Assembly: GCA_008690995.1 (NCBI GenBank) | Contig: VRMN01000004.1 | Coordinates: forward strand, 124,001-188,000 | Length of the DNA stretch: 64,000 nt | Direction of reading: 5' to 3' | Source: Porphyridium purpureum | Taxonomy: Eukaryota | Shown: piece by piece, positions 1 to 10,918 of the stretch | Numbering within the stretch: position 1 is the stretch's first letter | Layout: every line of letters starts with the position of its first letter | Program-made: the position numbers and the translations under genes | The notes under the pieces: model-generated | The model's input: only the letters and a program-made list of their open reading frames with translations | Databases searched by the model: none | Told to the model about the DNA's origin: nothing

Positions 1-580
1 GTAGGCGATACACGCCCACTACCGTTATGCAGCTCGCTGCGATCAGCGCGGCCGATTTCGACACAGCTTGCGCTGTATACAGTTGATATCTGGCGCACGC
101 TACCACGCTGGGTTCTGCGACCCCTTCAATGGCCGCGGCCCAGGCCGCCACCATCAGAGCAAGGCTGTGGACATACCTGTCTGGCGCATCCAAGTCGTGA
201 CTGAGGCCGAACCGCTCAAACAAGCGCCACGCCAGCACCGCGATGAGGCACGAGGCGGCAGCGGCAGTCCAGCTCAACATTGCAGCGTGCGCGTCGCTCC
301 TTGCGCGCAAAGCGACCTTCCGGAAGCCCTCTCGAGCCGGCAGGAGCGCGAGAGCGACAAGCAGCTGCAGCTTCACCTCGCCAAACGCGAAGCGTGCCGG
401 CCCGAGCGCGCGCGCGCACACCACCTTGAGCAGAAAGGACAGCACGCGCGCGACAAACTGCAGCAGCACAATCACAGACAATCCGCGCATTGCCGCGCCA
501 ACAAACGCGACATGCCGGTGCTCGCCTTGCTGAAGCCCAAGCGCGGCATCCTGCCCTTCTCCAGTCTCATCCTGTCCCAT
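1..580 (-). CDS. RFT1: RFT1-like oligosaccharide translocation protein, 5' part (runs off the window)
   Basis: Manual translation from ATG 580 is open to position 1. IVLLQFVARVLSFLLKVVCARALGP...LPAREGFRKVALR...IEGVAEP matches the Rft1 N-terminal pattern. An in-frame TGA lies upstream. Absent from the ORF track because there is no stop in the window. Confidence 0.75.
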   Translation of the reverse strand, partial: MGQDETGEGQDAALGLQQGEHRHVAFVGAAMRGLSVIVLLQFVARVLSFLLKVVCARALGPARFAFGEVKLQLLVALALLPAREGFRKVALRARSDAHAAMLSWTAAAASCLIAVLAWRLFERFGLSHDLDAPDRYVHSLALMVAAWAAAIEGVAEPSVVACARYQLYTAQAVSKSAALIAASCITVVGVYRL

Positions 581-678
581 GCCATCTGCGCGTCCGTGTC
601 ACCACCACCGCGCCCAACCATCCCTCATCTGCATGTGCCCCTACACAAACCGCTCGCGCCTCTGCGCGCAAAACGCAC

Positions 679-745
679 AAACCCTAAACGATTAGGGTTT
701 ATTAGGGTTGCTCCAATCTCTAGGGTTTCTGCAATCTCTAGGGTT
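679..745. promoter_or_regulatory. Cluster of five telo-box-like motifs (AAACCCTA / TAGGGTT) in a divergent promoter
   Basis: AAACCCTAA 679-687, TTAGGGTTT 692-700, TTAGGGTT 702-709, TAGGGTTT 721-728, TAGGGTT 739-745, between the RFT1 and TCP11-like starts. Confidence 0.5.
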
Positions 746-1168
746 GCGAGGCACACAGCCGATCGAGCGTCAGCAAAGGTACTGTTGCACTGTACATAGA
801 ATCTCGCACGGGTTGTGGAGACGGAGGGAAAAGGAAAAGGAAACGGAAACCACGCGTGTAGCGGCTGCCCAGTGCTGCTCGTTGCACGCGAATGCTATCG
901 TGTTAATAATGTTGTCGTTTTTTTTTCAAAATTTTAAACTACCCGACTTGGTGGCCAGGTCGTGAGTTCGTGAGTGCGCTCGGAGCTTTTGTGCCCTGTG
1001 CGGAGCGAGTGGGAAAGCGCGAAAGTGCGGAGTCTGCGTGACAAGGAAGCCTGTCTGGTTGTCCTTTCCGGCGTTCTTCGTTGGAAAACGGTGTGACAGT
1101 GCGCGCGGATACGGCGCGCACGGCAGCTCCGGAGCGGCTCCGTTTGTCGTTGCTCGTTCGTTGTTTCG

Positions 1169-3922
1169 ATGGGGCACGCTGGCTCGGGCGTGCTCGAGTC
1201 ACCGTCCAAGTGTGGTGAACAACAGCAAGACCGTGAGATTGGTGGCGGTGGCGTGCGCGCGTCCGCGTCACCGGCTTCTTCCTCACCGCCGCGCGCGTCG
1301 GCTTGGAGCTCGTCTGCAAAACGCGAGCGCTCCTGTATGACTCCAGGTAGCGCCGAGAAGCAGCGCCAGGCCGCCGGCCGCCGCGAGGCAGTCTTGGCAG
1401 AACGGCAGTTGCGCGCAAGTCAGCATGTGCAACATGTCGAGCGTGTCGTGGCCGCTCGCAGCCGCGTCGAGCGCGAGGAGATCGCACGACATGAGCTCGA
1501 CCTCGAAACGCGCCTCGAGCAAGCCGAGATGCGCCGTGCTCGCGAGCTCGAGAATCGCGCTGCTCGTGCGGCCATATTTTCACCGCTGCGAACCCCCGCG
1601 CAGACCCCGGTTCGAGGGCTCCCGCAACCCAACACGCTCAGGGGCACGCCGGCTCGCAGGACGCTCTTGTTTGGGCGTGACGACAGGTCATTATCTGCTG
1701 GAGAAGAAGCGCTAGCTTTTGACCTCCCTGCAGAGAAAGTGCCGGCGCAGCTCAAGCTCAAGGTTGGTGAAAGCAAAATCTTCTTTGACGCAGCGAGTCG
1801 TTCATTTGAGGAAACGACTGCTCTTGTGCAGTCTTTAGAAGCCAAGCAGGCGTCTCAAGCGCTCATGAATTGGCTTCTCGGAAAAGACGGCGAGAGCATC
1901 GAGCAGAAAGATAGTATGGTGAGCCCAGAAAATGCAGCCAGTATGCGCATGGCACGAGTGTTGCTGTCTTGCATCGTGATTGCGTACCATCACGAGCACG
2001 TGATGGATCAAAGCGTGGAGCGGCATCCGGAGCTGGCTTCGACGCATGCGGCGGAAGACCTCTCACTGCACCGAGCTGCATTGGCGTTTGTGGAGCAGCT
2101 TGCATTCGTCATGGCAGATCCCGTACAAGCATCGCGCAGTGCAGCCAGCTGTGCACCACCGGCTACACGAGCAGCTCTGCGAGCGACATGGACGGGTCTG
2201 TTTGAGAAATTTCGAGACTGGAAGCGCCGCGATGCGCAGTTCATGGTGGATGGAATGATTAAGGATGCCATCTTATGCATTGCGCTGCGAGAGTCGATTG
2301 CGCAACGTGGGATGGTTGCGGATCGTGCAGAATGGGATGCGGAAATTGAGAAGCGGCTCGATACAATTCGAACGGCCGTGCGCCAAGTTGGTGGCGAACC
2401 GGCTTTACGCAAGCTCGAAGAAGCTCTTGTTGCGGACGAGGAAAAGCGACAGGTGGCGCGGTTGGTCAACGTGCAGAGTGAGAACGAATTTCTCGTGCAT
2501 GAAATCCTGGTGGATCCAGCCTTTGACGCCGCAGCGTTGCGTAAATGCCTGCACGGCCCAGCGGCGCAGCTGAAGGCAAGCGTAGCGCGGACGATGAAGC
2601 AAGCATTTTGGGACGGCGTCGTAGCTTCATGGCCGGCGCAGGGAAGCGATGAGCATTCTGAGCGGCGGGAGGTCGCCGTTGTTGCGGTGAATGAGGCTTT
2701 GATTGAAATGTGGCAAGTGCTGAAAGGCATTTCGCCCCAGATTCCAGGCGCACCAAACGACGACTCGGAAATGAGCATGCTTCGAAATGGCCCGCAGGCG
2801 GAAATCGCACGACTTGTGGCGTCGCTTCGTGCGTTGCAGGCCGAAGCAAGTGATGAAGGGCTTGACGCCTGGCTCGCCGAAGCGGATGCACAACATCTCG
2901 CCCGCATGCCGCCTGTACTGGAGCAATGGTCTGACGTCCATGTGCGCACGCTATCGGATCTGCTCATGCAGCTGCTCGAACGCATTGAAAATGTGCGCGT
3001 GGAATGCAGTGTCGCGCGCATCGCGGCTCTGATTCCGCTTATTCGAACCCACGGACCCGATTGGGAGCGCGAGCAGCTTTGTGCATTGTACGGAGTCCGA
3101 GGTAGCTTGGACTTTGAAACGCTGCATCTGCCAGGGACGTGTGCGTGGCTCACTCAAGCACGCCAGATGCACATGCGAGCGAGTGCGCTGACCGAGTCGC
3201 CTGATCCACAAGCGGAGCAGCTGCTGCTGTTGCGGCACGCATTGATCGATACTCTTGCGGCCGCCGCAACTGGCAATAATGCGGCCACAATGCCAGTCGA
3301 GCTGCTGCGGCTCGATGCACACCGTATACGAAAAGCATCCAATGAGCTGCATGGCGCCATTGCAGGGTCTGTGGTGATCCAAACCGCTCTCACCTATGCG
3401 CAGAGCTGCGCCAGTACCGACGCGCCTTCGCCTCCTGCTTCCACCAGAACGGAAGCAGGCGCGGCCTGTGCTAGTGTGACGCAGGAAGTGCTCCAGCATC
3501 TGACACCCGAGGCCGAGTTGGACACCACGGGGCTCCATGACGCGGTATTCTCGCTCGTCGAAGCACGCGTGCGTACGTGCCATGACCAGCCCAACTTTTG
3601 CTTGGACTCATTCCAGCGTGAAATGGTGGCAAGCCTGGTCCAGAAATCACTGACACGCCCGGACGACGCGCTCCGGCAGCTTATCCAGAACCGCATTCTC
3701 GTCTTCACCAGAGCAAGTTTCTGCGGCGGCGGCGGCGACGTGATCGCGAGCTCCACAGCGCCGTCACCCGCGACCACGGTGCTCGACGAGGCCGTGCCGT
3801 TCATCCAGCGCGCGCTCCACCATCTTCGCCTGCTCGAAACACACCTCATCCACGTGCATGCACAGCTCCTCGCTCGCCTCCTGCAACGCGCGCTGCGCAC
3901 CAACAACACCTCCGTGAATTAA
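1169..3922 (+). CDS. T-complex protein 11 (TCP11) domain protein
   Basis: 917-aa ORF with LVHEILVD and TMKQAFWD motifs typical of the Tcp11 family, plus an N-terminal coiled coil; start uncertain (1169 or 1337). Confidence 0.7.
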   Translation: MGHAGSGVLESPSKCGEQQQDREIGGGGVRASASPASSSPPRASAWSSSAKRERSCMTPGSAEKQRQAAGRREAVLAERQLRASQHVQHVERVVAARSRVEREEIARHELDLETRLEQAEMRRARELENRAARAAIFSPLRTPAQTPVRGLPQPNTLRGTPARRTLLFGRDDRSLSAGEEALAFDLPAEKVPAQLKLKVGESKIFFDAASRSFEETTALVQSLEAKQASQALMNWLLGKDGESIEQKDSMVSPENAASMRMARVLLSCIVIAYHHEHVMDQSVERHPELASTHAAEDLSLHRAALAFVEQLAFVMADPVQASRSAASCAPPATRAALRATWTGLFEKFRDWKRRDAQFMVDGMIKDAILCIALRESIAQRGMVADRAEWDAEIEKRLDTIRTAVRQVGGEPALRKLEEALVADEEKRQVARLVNVQSENEFLVHEILVDPAFDAAALRKCLHGPAAQLKASVARTMKQAFWDGVVASWPAQGSDEHSERREVAVVAVNEALIEMWQVLKGISPQIPGAPNDDSEMSMLRNGPQAEIARLVASLRALQAEASDEGLDAWLAEADAQHLARMPPVLEQWSDVHVRTLSDLLMQLLERIENVRVECSVARIAALIPLIRTHGPDWEREQLCALYGVRGSLDFETLHLPGTCAWLTQARQMHMRASALTESPDPQAEQLLLLRHALIDTLAAAATGNNAATMPVELLRLDAHRIRKASNELHGAIAGSVVIQTALTYAQSCASTDAPSPPASTRTEAGAACASVTQEVLQHLTPEAELDTTGLHDAVFSLVEARVRTCHDQPNFCLDSFQREMVASLVQKSLTRPDDALRQLIQNRILVFTRASFCGGGGDVIASSTAPSPATTVLDEAVPFIQRALHHLRLLETHLIHVHAQLLARLLQRALRTNNTSVN

Positions 3923-4204
3923 TTAATGATTCTTAATTAATCTGTGCTGCTTTACGAGCGAGCGTCAGAGTACAGCTACTGTACATTTATCGTGCTTCTT
4001 TTGCGAGTTGGCGTGCTGGCAAGCGCGTGGCGATTGGGAGAGAGGGAGGGAGAGGAAGGAAGGAGAGCGGTGTGGATGCGACGCGTGTCAGAGCGGTCAG
4101 GCGGGGCGCGGCGTGAGGATCTGACGCGCGGGAAGGCTCGATTCAGAGGTACGTGCGGCCGGTCTGTATCCTCGGGGATCTAGCGTGGATCTTGCGCGGA
4201 GAAA

Positions 4205-4963
4205 ATGTCGAGGAGGTACGACTCGCGCACGACGATCTTCTCGCCGGAAGGGCGGTTGTATCAGGTGGAGTACGCGATGGAGGCGATCGGGCACGCCGGA
4301 TCTTGCGTCGGCGTGTTCTCCAATGAAGGCGTGGTGCTCGCCGTGGAGAAGAAGGTCACGTCAAAGTTGCTGGAGGTGTCCGATCAGTCGGAGAAAATGT
4401 ACGTCATCGACAAGCACATCTCGTGCGCCGTCGCGGGCATCACTGCAGACGCTAACATCCTGATCAATCAGGCAAGGCTGGCAGCGCAGAGGTACCGCTA
4501 CCAGTACCAAGAACCCATTCCGGTCGAGTACTTGCTGCAGCAGGTGTGCGACACAAAGCAGGGCTACACGCAGTTCGGAGGGCTGCGCCCATTCGGTGTA
4601 TCGTTTCTTTTCGCAGGATGGGACCGCCACTACGGTTTCCAGCTGTATCAGAGTGATCCTAGCGGCAACTATGGCGGGTGGAAGGCTACAGCGATTGGAT
4701 CAAACAGCAACGCCGCACAGAGCATCATGAAGAGTGATTATAAGGAGGGCCTTTCGCTCAAGGAGGCACACGAGCTCGCCATTAAAGTGCTGAGCAAGAC
4801 GATGGACAGTACCACGCTCGCAGCCGACAAGCTCGAAGTCACCACGATGCTCAAGAATAAGGAGACAAATGAAGTGCAGGTGCACCGGCTTCGAGAAAAG
4901 GAGCTCGAGTCGCTTCTGACCACATCAGGGCTCTTGTCTGCGCAAACCGAGACGAGTGGCTGA
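4205..4963 (+). CDS. PSMA4: 20S proteasome subunit alpha type-4 (alpha-3)
   Basis: [54 protein letters not shown]. Confidence 0.97.
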   Translation: MSRRYDSRTTIFSPEGRLYQVEYAMEAIGHAGSCVGVFSNEGVVLAVEKKVTSKLLEVSDQSEKMYVIDKHISCAVAGITADANILINQARLAAQRYRYQYQEPIPVEYLLQQVCDTKQGYTQFGGLRPFGVSFLFAGWDRHYGFQLYQSDPSGNYGGWKATAIGSNSNAAQSIMKSDYKEGLSLKEAHELAIKVLSKTMDSTTLAADKLEVTTMLKNKETNEVQVHRLREKELESLLTTSGLLSAQTETSG

Positions 4964-5176
4964 ATGCAGCGAGAGAGGCTCAGCCGTAGCGCACGCAGAT
5001 ATTCATAATTTCTTGTAAAAAGTGCGGGGAAGGTGTTGTCCTTTTGGCCAGCGTGAAGAGGTGTTGTATTGGCTACCCCCTCTCTCACTGAAGCGGGTTA
5101 AGCAATCACCGGTCCCATGAATCGCTGCATGCGAACGTGAATAAGTACACAATTTTTCTTCTTCCTTTGGGGTGCT

Positions 5177-7786
5177 TCAAATCTGCTGGAAATGGACAAC
5201 AATACCACACAATGTGCATTGCTTGAATGGGATGCCATTCTGAGCTCGTCTGGGCTCAGTCCAAGAATGCACGTGGCGAGTTGATCCTGTTGCCATTGGA
5301 AGCTGCGCCGCATTCGCGACCGGTCCGGACGCCAAAGATTCTGCCTGATTCTTGTCATCCAGGGCATCGTCCCTTTCTCCAGAGGCAGCCGCAGCCGCTC
5401 TCGTGGCTGAACTCTTGCGCACGGCTTCGTACGACATGTTCGGCGCATTGTCCTGAATCGCGCCTCCGTATTGCTTGCGGATTCCGTTTTTCAGACGCAG
5501 GGCCTTGAGCAGCGACGCCCATCGGGTGCGGATTGCGTCGACGTACGCCTCCAGTTCCATGTCGGCCAACCTTTGCGACTCAGCGGCGCAAGCTTCTAGA
5601 AGCACCTGCTCCATGGATGCGCAAACCAACACACCATCCAAAACGGCAACCATTTTTCTTGTGCGCGGTGCGAGCTCAAAGCCAACCACGGCATGTACCG
5701 CATCGATGCCCAATTGCTGTGCCATTCGGTATCCCAACTCGTGTCGCACATGCGCTGCGCCGCGTGGAAGATGGCGCGCTGTCCACAGCTCGACATTCCC
5801 GAACGCGTTGCGCGGCACGCGACCGTCCTCACTTACCTCACCAACATCGAGCTCTTCTGTCTGCCAGTACCCAAACAGCTCGCCTGCTGAAGAAGTCGAT
5901 TCATCGAGCGAGTCTGCGTCCACATCACCAAAGAAAAGTGTCTCTGCAGCGTGCTCCGCGCCTTCACTGCGCCCACGTGGCCGCCTGCGTTTCACCGGTA
6001 CCTCGCCTTCGCGTACACAGCGCAGCTCTTTCCTCCAATTTATGCGCGACTTGACAGGTGCCAAGTCCGACCGCAGAAATACCTGCTGCGGACGCTCGTT
6101 CCCACGACCTGGCAAAGAAACCACGCCACACGACTGCGCTCCTGGCCTCAAGCACTCTGCGACACCAATGTGCTTTTCTAAAACAAAGACCTTGCTCGCC
6201 TTGAGCCCAGACTCACTGGTCGGGATAGTCTCATTTTCGACTGACAAGCGCGCGAATTGACGCTGTTCGAGGTACTGACGTTCGCAACGCGAGTGCAGCT
6301 CAAATGATTGCTCTGATGATAAGGCTGCTGGATGTCCGCGCTCCAGGTGTGCCACAAGCTTACCAAACGCGTTACGCGGCGCTCGATATTTTTCGACATC
6401 CTGCCACTTGGCATTGTATCGGCGCGTAACATCTGTGAAAAGAGCATTTTCACACGCAAGCACATGCGACAAAGACTCAAGCTCACGTCCGCCGCTCTGC
6501 GCGCCTGTGCCACGCACATAAGCCTTCCACAGCATCGCCGCCTCAAAGATCGCCAGCTCTGGGCGGTCGGCAATGTTTCGCACAGGATCAAAGCTCATCC
6601 ATTCGTTCTCGCTGTGCAGCCACACTTCCAGAAACACAAAAGGCAGGTCGGTCCATCTAGGGAGCACATCATTGTGAGCACGCAGGGGAACACGCTGGTG
6701 GTGCTCTTGCGGCCGGTAACCAAGCACACCAGGCGGCGGTTTGTAGGGTAGCGGATCCACCGCCACCACTAGACGCACGTGCGCGCCAAACCTGCGAAGT
6801 ATGGCTGCCGTGGATACAACGGCGCACTCGCGGCTGCCCATGCGCGTTCGCCAGCTTGAACGCACGCGCACTCGTACATCTTTACCGGGAACGGGTGACG
6901 CAAGCGCCATCGACCCAGACGAGCGATTCTGAACAAAGAACTGCGAGGCAAAGCAAGCTATGCTTGAAAGTGCGCTCACAACTTGTTCCTTGTTCATCGT
7001 TTGCCATGCCTCCAGCAGCTCCGTAATATCTGACGGGAAAAACGACAGCACGGATGCCTGCACAGCCGGATCACTTGCCGCCTCGTCGTACGGCACCAGT
7101 GTGGCCGCAAAGCAACCGAGCAAGTGTAGTGCATGAATACAACTAGCAAACACCCGGTCCTGGCTGTCCATCTCACGACTCTGGCGCTCCTCTCGGCTCA
7201 ATTCACTTCTGCCTGTAGATCCGCGTGCCGTCACCGCTGATGTCGGAACGCGAACATCAACCATCACGGTCTCGGACGGCACTTCATTATCAGCATTCAA
7301 GTAAAAGGCCGCTCCGGACAATGAAGATTCTGGATTTTTCTCGTCTGTCTTTCCTTCTTGCCGCAGAGGCAGTTGCGCGGCATCAGCCGCTCCTGTGCCG
7401 GCATCTTCCCACTCAATCCCATCCGAGTCGTACGGGTTCTCGTTAAGCGTTCTCTGTCCGCGTAAATTCTCTTCAGTACAGTTCGAATCCTGCCGTGTTC
7501 TTTCCTCGAGCTCGCTATTTTCGTGGCCGTCGACGGTGGCTTTGCATCGATGTGTTTCGTCCAAACCCGGGCGTGCATCGCTGCTGCGTTGCCCACCAGA
7601 CTGAGACTTTTCCTCGGCTGCGTTCTTCTCTTCCTCGTCACGACTTCTAGCAGAGCGTTTGCGCGCCGACTCGCGCGTCTGCGCCGCCCGCTTCTTCCGC
7701 ACCCTGACCATACGCGCCTTCCGGTCGTCTGCTCGCGCGCTTTCAGCCAAGCCTTTCAACGACTCGTGACGTCGCACGGAAGCCAT
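5177..7786 (-). CDS. RAD4: DNA repair protein Rad4/XPC
   Basis: 869 aa; DVTRRY, FVLEKHI, ELFGYWQT, VPRNAFGNVEL, AVVGFE beta-hairpin-domain motifs. Confidence 0.9.
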   Translation of the reverse strand: MASVRRHESLKGLAESARADDRKARMVRVRKKRAAQTRESARKRSARSRDEEEKNAAEEKSQSGGQRSSDARPGLDETHRCKATVDGHENSELEERTRQDSNCTEENLRGQRTLNENPYDSDGIEWEDAGTGAADAAQLPLRQEGKTDEKNPESSLSGAAFYLNADNEVPSETVMVDVRVPTSAVTARGSTGRSELSREERQSREMDSQDRVFASCIHALHLLGCFAATLVPYDEAASDPAVQASVLSFFPSDITELLEAWQTMNKEQVVSALSSIACFASQFFVQNRSSGSMALASPVPGKDVRVRVRSSWRTRMGSRECAVVSTAAILRRFGAHVRLVVAVDPLPYKPPPGVLGYRPQEHHQRVPLRAHNDVLPRWTDLPFVFLEVWLHSENEWMSFDPVRNIADRPELAIFEAAMLWKAYVRGTGAQSGGRELESLSHVLACENALFTDVTRRYNAKWQDVEKYRAPRNAFGKLVAHLERGHPAALSSEQSFELHSRCERQYLEQRQFARLSVENETIPTSESGLKASKVFVLEKHIGVAECLRPGAQSCGVVSLPGRGNERPQQVFLRSDLAPVKSRINWRKELRCVREGEVPVKRRRPRGRSEGAEHAAETLFFGDVDADSLDESTSSAGELFGYWQTEELDVGEVSEDGRVPRNAFGNVELWTARHLPRGAAHVRHELGYRMAQQLGIDAVHAVVGFELAPRTRKMVAVLDGVLVCASMEQVLLEACAAESQRLADMELEAYVDAIRTRWASLLKALRLKNGIRKQYGGAIQDNAPNMSYEAVRKSSATRAAAAASGERDDALDDKNQAESLASGPVANAAQLPMATGSTRHVHSWTEPRRAQNGIPFKQCTLCGIVVHFQQI

Positions 7787-8305
7787 CGCAATATCGGTTT
7801 ATCGGTTACCTGATCGCGTGCTTCCGACATTTGAGCTGGATGTGACTGGTCCATACCATTTTCCCAGAGGCATAGTTGAGTCTTTGTCACGTTGGCGTGT
7901 GAAGCTCGCCTGACGATGGTGTCCGAAATACGCTCTGAATGGTCCGCGAGAGCTCACGTCGCTCGCGCCCTGAGAGCCGCTCTGCGTCGATGCGCGCGCG
8001 GGGAAAAGCGACCACGGGATGCGTGGCACCCACTGACGCACGTCCCGATGCGGTACTCGGTCACGCTGGACTACCAGCACGGCTACTCTTCACCTCCAGG
8101 ACCTGCTGAAATTCGCCGAGCACCGCCTATTCGTGTGTGACAACGCGCTCAGTGTTAGACATGCCGGTTTGGGCAGGGCACTCAGGTTTGCACGGTAGCC
8201 TGATCAAAATAAGAAAAGCAGCTGGAAATTTCCAGCGGCCGCGAGATGGTCGACAACAAAGTTGTCCACTTTATCTCGCTCTGGCACATTTTCGCTGACA
8301 ATTCC

Positions 8306-8311
8306 AAAAAA
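8306..8311 (-). terminator. Pol III terminator (T6) of tRNA-Pro
   Basis: TTTTTT on the minus strand 9 nt after the discriminator base. Confidence 0.7.
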
Positions 8312-8320
8312 GTTCGTGCT

Positions 8321-8469
8321 GGGGAACTGCGAGACCTTCTTGCTTCCGCAATCGAACTCACGACCTCCTGTACACTTGAATTTAACGATCAACCCGAGGG
8401 TGAACATCTGTCCCAAAACAGGAATCACTCTGGGATTCAAAATGAATCTTACCACTAGACCAAGCTCCC
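8321..8469 (-). tRNA. tRNA-Pro(UGG) with three introns (D-loop, 37/38, T-loop)
   Basis: Exons 8469-8450, 8427-8412, 8372-8351 and 8334-8321 join to a 72-nt cloverleaf: acceptor GGGAGCT/AGTTCCC, anticodon stem CCTGT/ACAGG around TTTGGGT, T arm GTGAG-TTCGATT-CTCGC. Introns are 22, 39 and 16 nt. Confidence 0.85.
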
Positions 8470-8494
8470 AAATTGCACGTCCAGAGGGGGAAAA

Positions 8495-8529
8495 TTTAAC
8501 ATATATAAATATATGTATATATATTTTTT
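8495..8529 (-). promoter_or_regulatory. TATA-rich element upstream of the tRNA gene
   Basis: AT-rich tract (TATATACATATATTTATATATGTTAAA) about 25-60 nt upstream of the tRNA in otherwise GC-rich DNA. Confidence 0.55.
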
Positions 8530-10203
8530 GAGCGGTGAATAGTTTAGAGGCGAGATATTTTTCCGTGCGGGACAGCTGGGACAAGGAGATTCTGGTGGGT
8601 GGAATGGTGTCACACATGGCGTGGAGGATGTGTGCGTTCGAGTACGGCGCTCTGTCCGTACGGGAGGCGGATGCTTGCGGCGTTCGCACGCCGGCGGGCT
8701 GGCTGGCGAGCGGTGATGCGGACAAACTGGGCACATTTCTCGACGTGCGTAAGTTCCATTCTATCCTGGGCAGATTCGCAATGCACCCTTGAACGGATTG
8801 GGTGCGTTTTTGATTCTCGTGTCCTGTAGATCTATCGTTTGCCGCGTCTGACGGCACTCGTTTCGCGCTGGCATTATTTGGACGCGCGCAAGAATGGTCA
8901 CAGGACACGTTGGGCACCATTCAACATCATATGGTGGATGAAGCGTCACTCGACGCGGCGCTGACGAGTCTGCGCGGCAGCATACTTGACCACCTTTGCC
9001 GGGCCAGCATTGCGTGTGATGCGGACAACCAAGGCGACAAGGACTTTGGAAATTCGGTCGCCTGACACTGTGGGACGGTTCGCGCTCACACGGAAAAACT
9101 TGTATCCTAGATGACCGGACAGTCTCGCAGTTTTGTACATTGAAAGATAGTCAGGCGTCTTGTGGACAGCCAAATCGAAGCGCCACGGCGACAACATGCA
9201 TTGTGCAAACGAATCGAAGCGCAGATCCGGCCAGGCAGATAAATTCCATGCCTTCAAAATGTAGCGCGCCTTTTTGACATCGCTCCAAACGAGCCGGTGC
9301 TTCTTTGTGGCGACAAGCGCACAACATAGTTTTGCCGCCAAGCACATTCGTCGAGCGCACGCAACTATAAACCTTGAACATGCATGATTGCAGATTCATT
9401 GCACGTTTTGTGGCTTCCGACTGAAACAAGCAGGCAACAATGAAATCGCTCAGCGGTGTGCAAGCAAACATACGGAGCTTGAAGCTGAAACTGTCGTGTG
9501 GCGCGAAGAGCGTCTAATACGGAACCCCTGCAGTGAGAAGCGCAGACCAAGTCACGTTTTTTCAAAGGACCGCGCTTCTTGAAATTGCGGCCAAGCGACC
9601 ACATAACGCAGCCACCTCTGCCTCAAACCACATCGTCCACAGCGACACAACACGCCAGCTGAGATGTGGGCTCAAACACCCACGCCACGCACCAACGCAC
9701 ACAAGCATGTAATGCATTACAATGCAATCCCCATTCGTTCCGTGTACCGTGACAGTTCAAAAGAAGGCAATGCATTGCAGTGACATCCCGCGTGGTCGGA
9801 ACGTGCCAAAAAGCGGCGCATGCGTGCGTGTGCGGCCGGCAGACCCGGAGCGCCGAATTTGTGCTAGTAAAAGCGGCGTGTTTGTTCTAGAATTCGGGGC
9901 TGGCCGTCGCCCGTGGCTTCTTGAAACCGGAAACGGCGCGCTGCGCACGTCGGAGCCATCCGACCACCGACCGCTTTTGATGCAGGCGGAAAGGAGTTGG
10001 AAGCAGGCCCACATGTCTGCGGGTATAAAGGAGGCGCGTGAGCAGTTAGTCTGATAAGAAGGAAAGGCGTAAGTGCAGGTGAGAGTGAAAGATTCACCGG
10101 CGGAGGGTAGTTTGGGTGGAGCCTATTTCAGTGTGAGGCGGCATACCAGGTGTGGACTCTGAGGAACGAGTGACAGTGTATCCCGCGGGAGTCTCTCTGA
10201 AAA

Positions 10204-10704
10204 ATGGCATTTGTCGGAAGTGTGGCGGGCGTTGGGCTGGGGTCCAGCAGCAGCATGGGCGCCGCCGCGGCCGTGGCTGTGTCAGGAAAGCCGCGCGTGG
10301 TGGAGAGCAAGGCGGCCGTGAGAATGCAGGTGCCGAATTCTCCGTCAGAGTTGTTTAGACAGAACCGCGGCGGTGGGATTGGCAACCCAGGCCTGCAGAC
10401 GCAGAGCACTGGCACAGCCGTGTTGGAGCGGCCGGTGGAGAAAGTACCGCAAACTGGCCAGACAGACCCGGGAGCGTTTTACAAGGTGATTCTGTTCGGG
10501 GATAAGTCGCACCCGAAGCAGTACATCGTTAAGACAGTTATGAATGTAATCCCGGGCATGACATTTGACTCGGCCACTGCCAAAGTCGAGGAGGCATTGA
10601 AGACAGGCACGTCCGTGGTGGGTGTCTGGATCTTTGAACAGGCAGAAATGTACTGTGACCTGCTGAGGAGCGCTGGGCTCAAGTGCGACCTCCGTGAGGC
10701 TTAA
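10204..10704 (+). CDS. clpS: ClpS adaptor of Clp protease, plastid-targeted
   Basis: MAFVGS transit-like N-terminus; YKVILFGD...VIPGMT...EQAEMYCDLLRSAGL matches the ClpS core. Confidence 0.8.
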   Translation: MAFVGSVAGVGLGSSSSMGAAAAVAVSGKPRVVESKAAVRMQVPNSPSELFRQNRGGGIGNPGLQTQSTGTAVLERPVEKVPQTGQTDPGAFYKVILFGDKSHPKQYIVKTVMNVIPGMTFDSATAKVEEALKTGTSVVGVWIFEQAEMYCDLLRSAGLKCDLREA

Positions 10705-10918
10705 GTCTCAAATAATAATTAATTCTCTGTTGTATGGTAGCTTATGTTTCAGGTCCCAAAGTATTTGAACTAAATCCACCCGGGACCTTATTGTAAGGCA
10801 CTCCAGCCCGTCTCTCTGGCAAGTAAGTATTTTCACGTTGTACTACTGCAAGCGGGCGTAAGAGGCATATAACTATTGGGAAGTAAGTGCAGTCCCTTTG
10901 GAGAACGCGCCCGGCACT

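Noticed and set aside
68..799. 243-aa plus-strand ORF
   Set aside because: Antisense shadow of the RFT1-like gene.
8530..9720. Short minus-strand ORFs upstream of the tRNA
   Set aside because: No recognisable domain, TIR or TSD; may be a decayed gene but cannot be supported.
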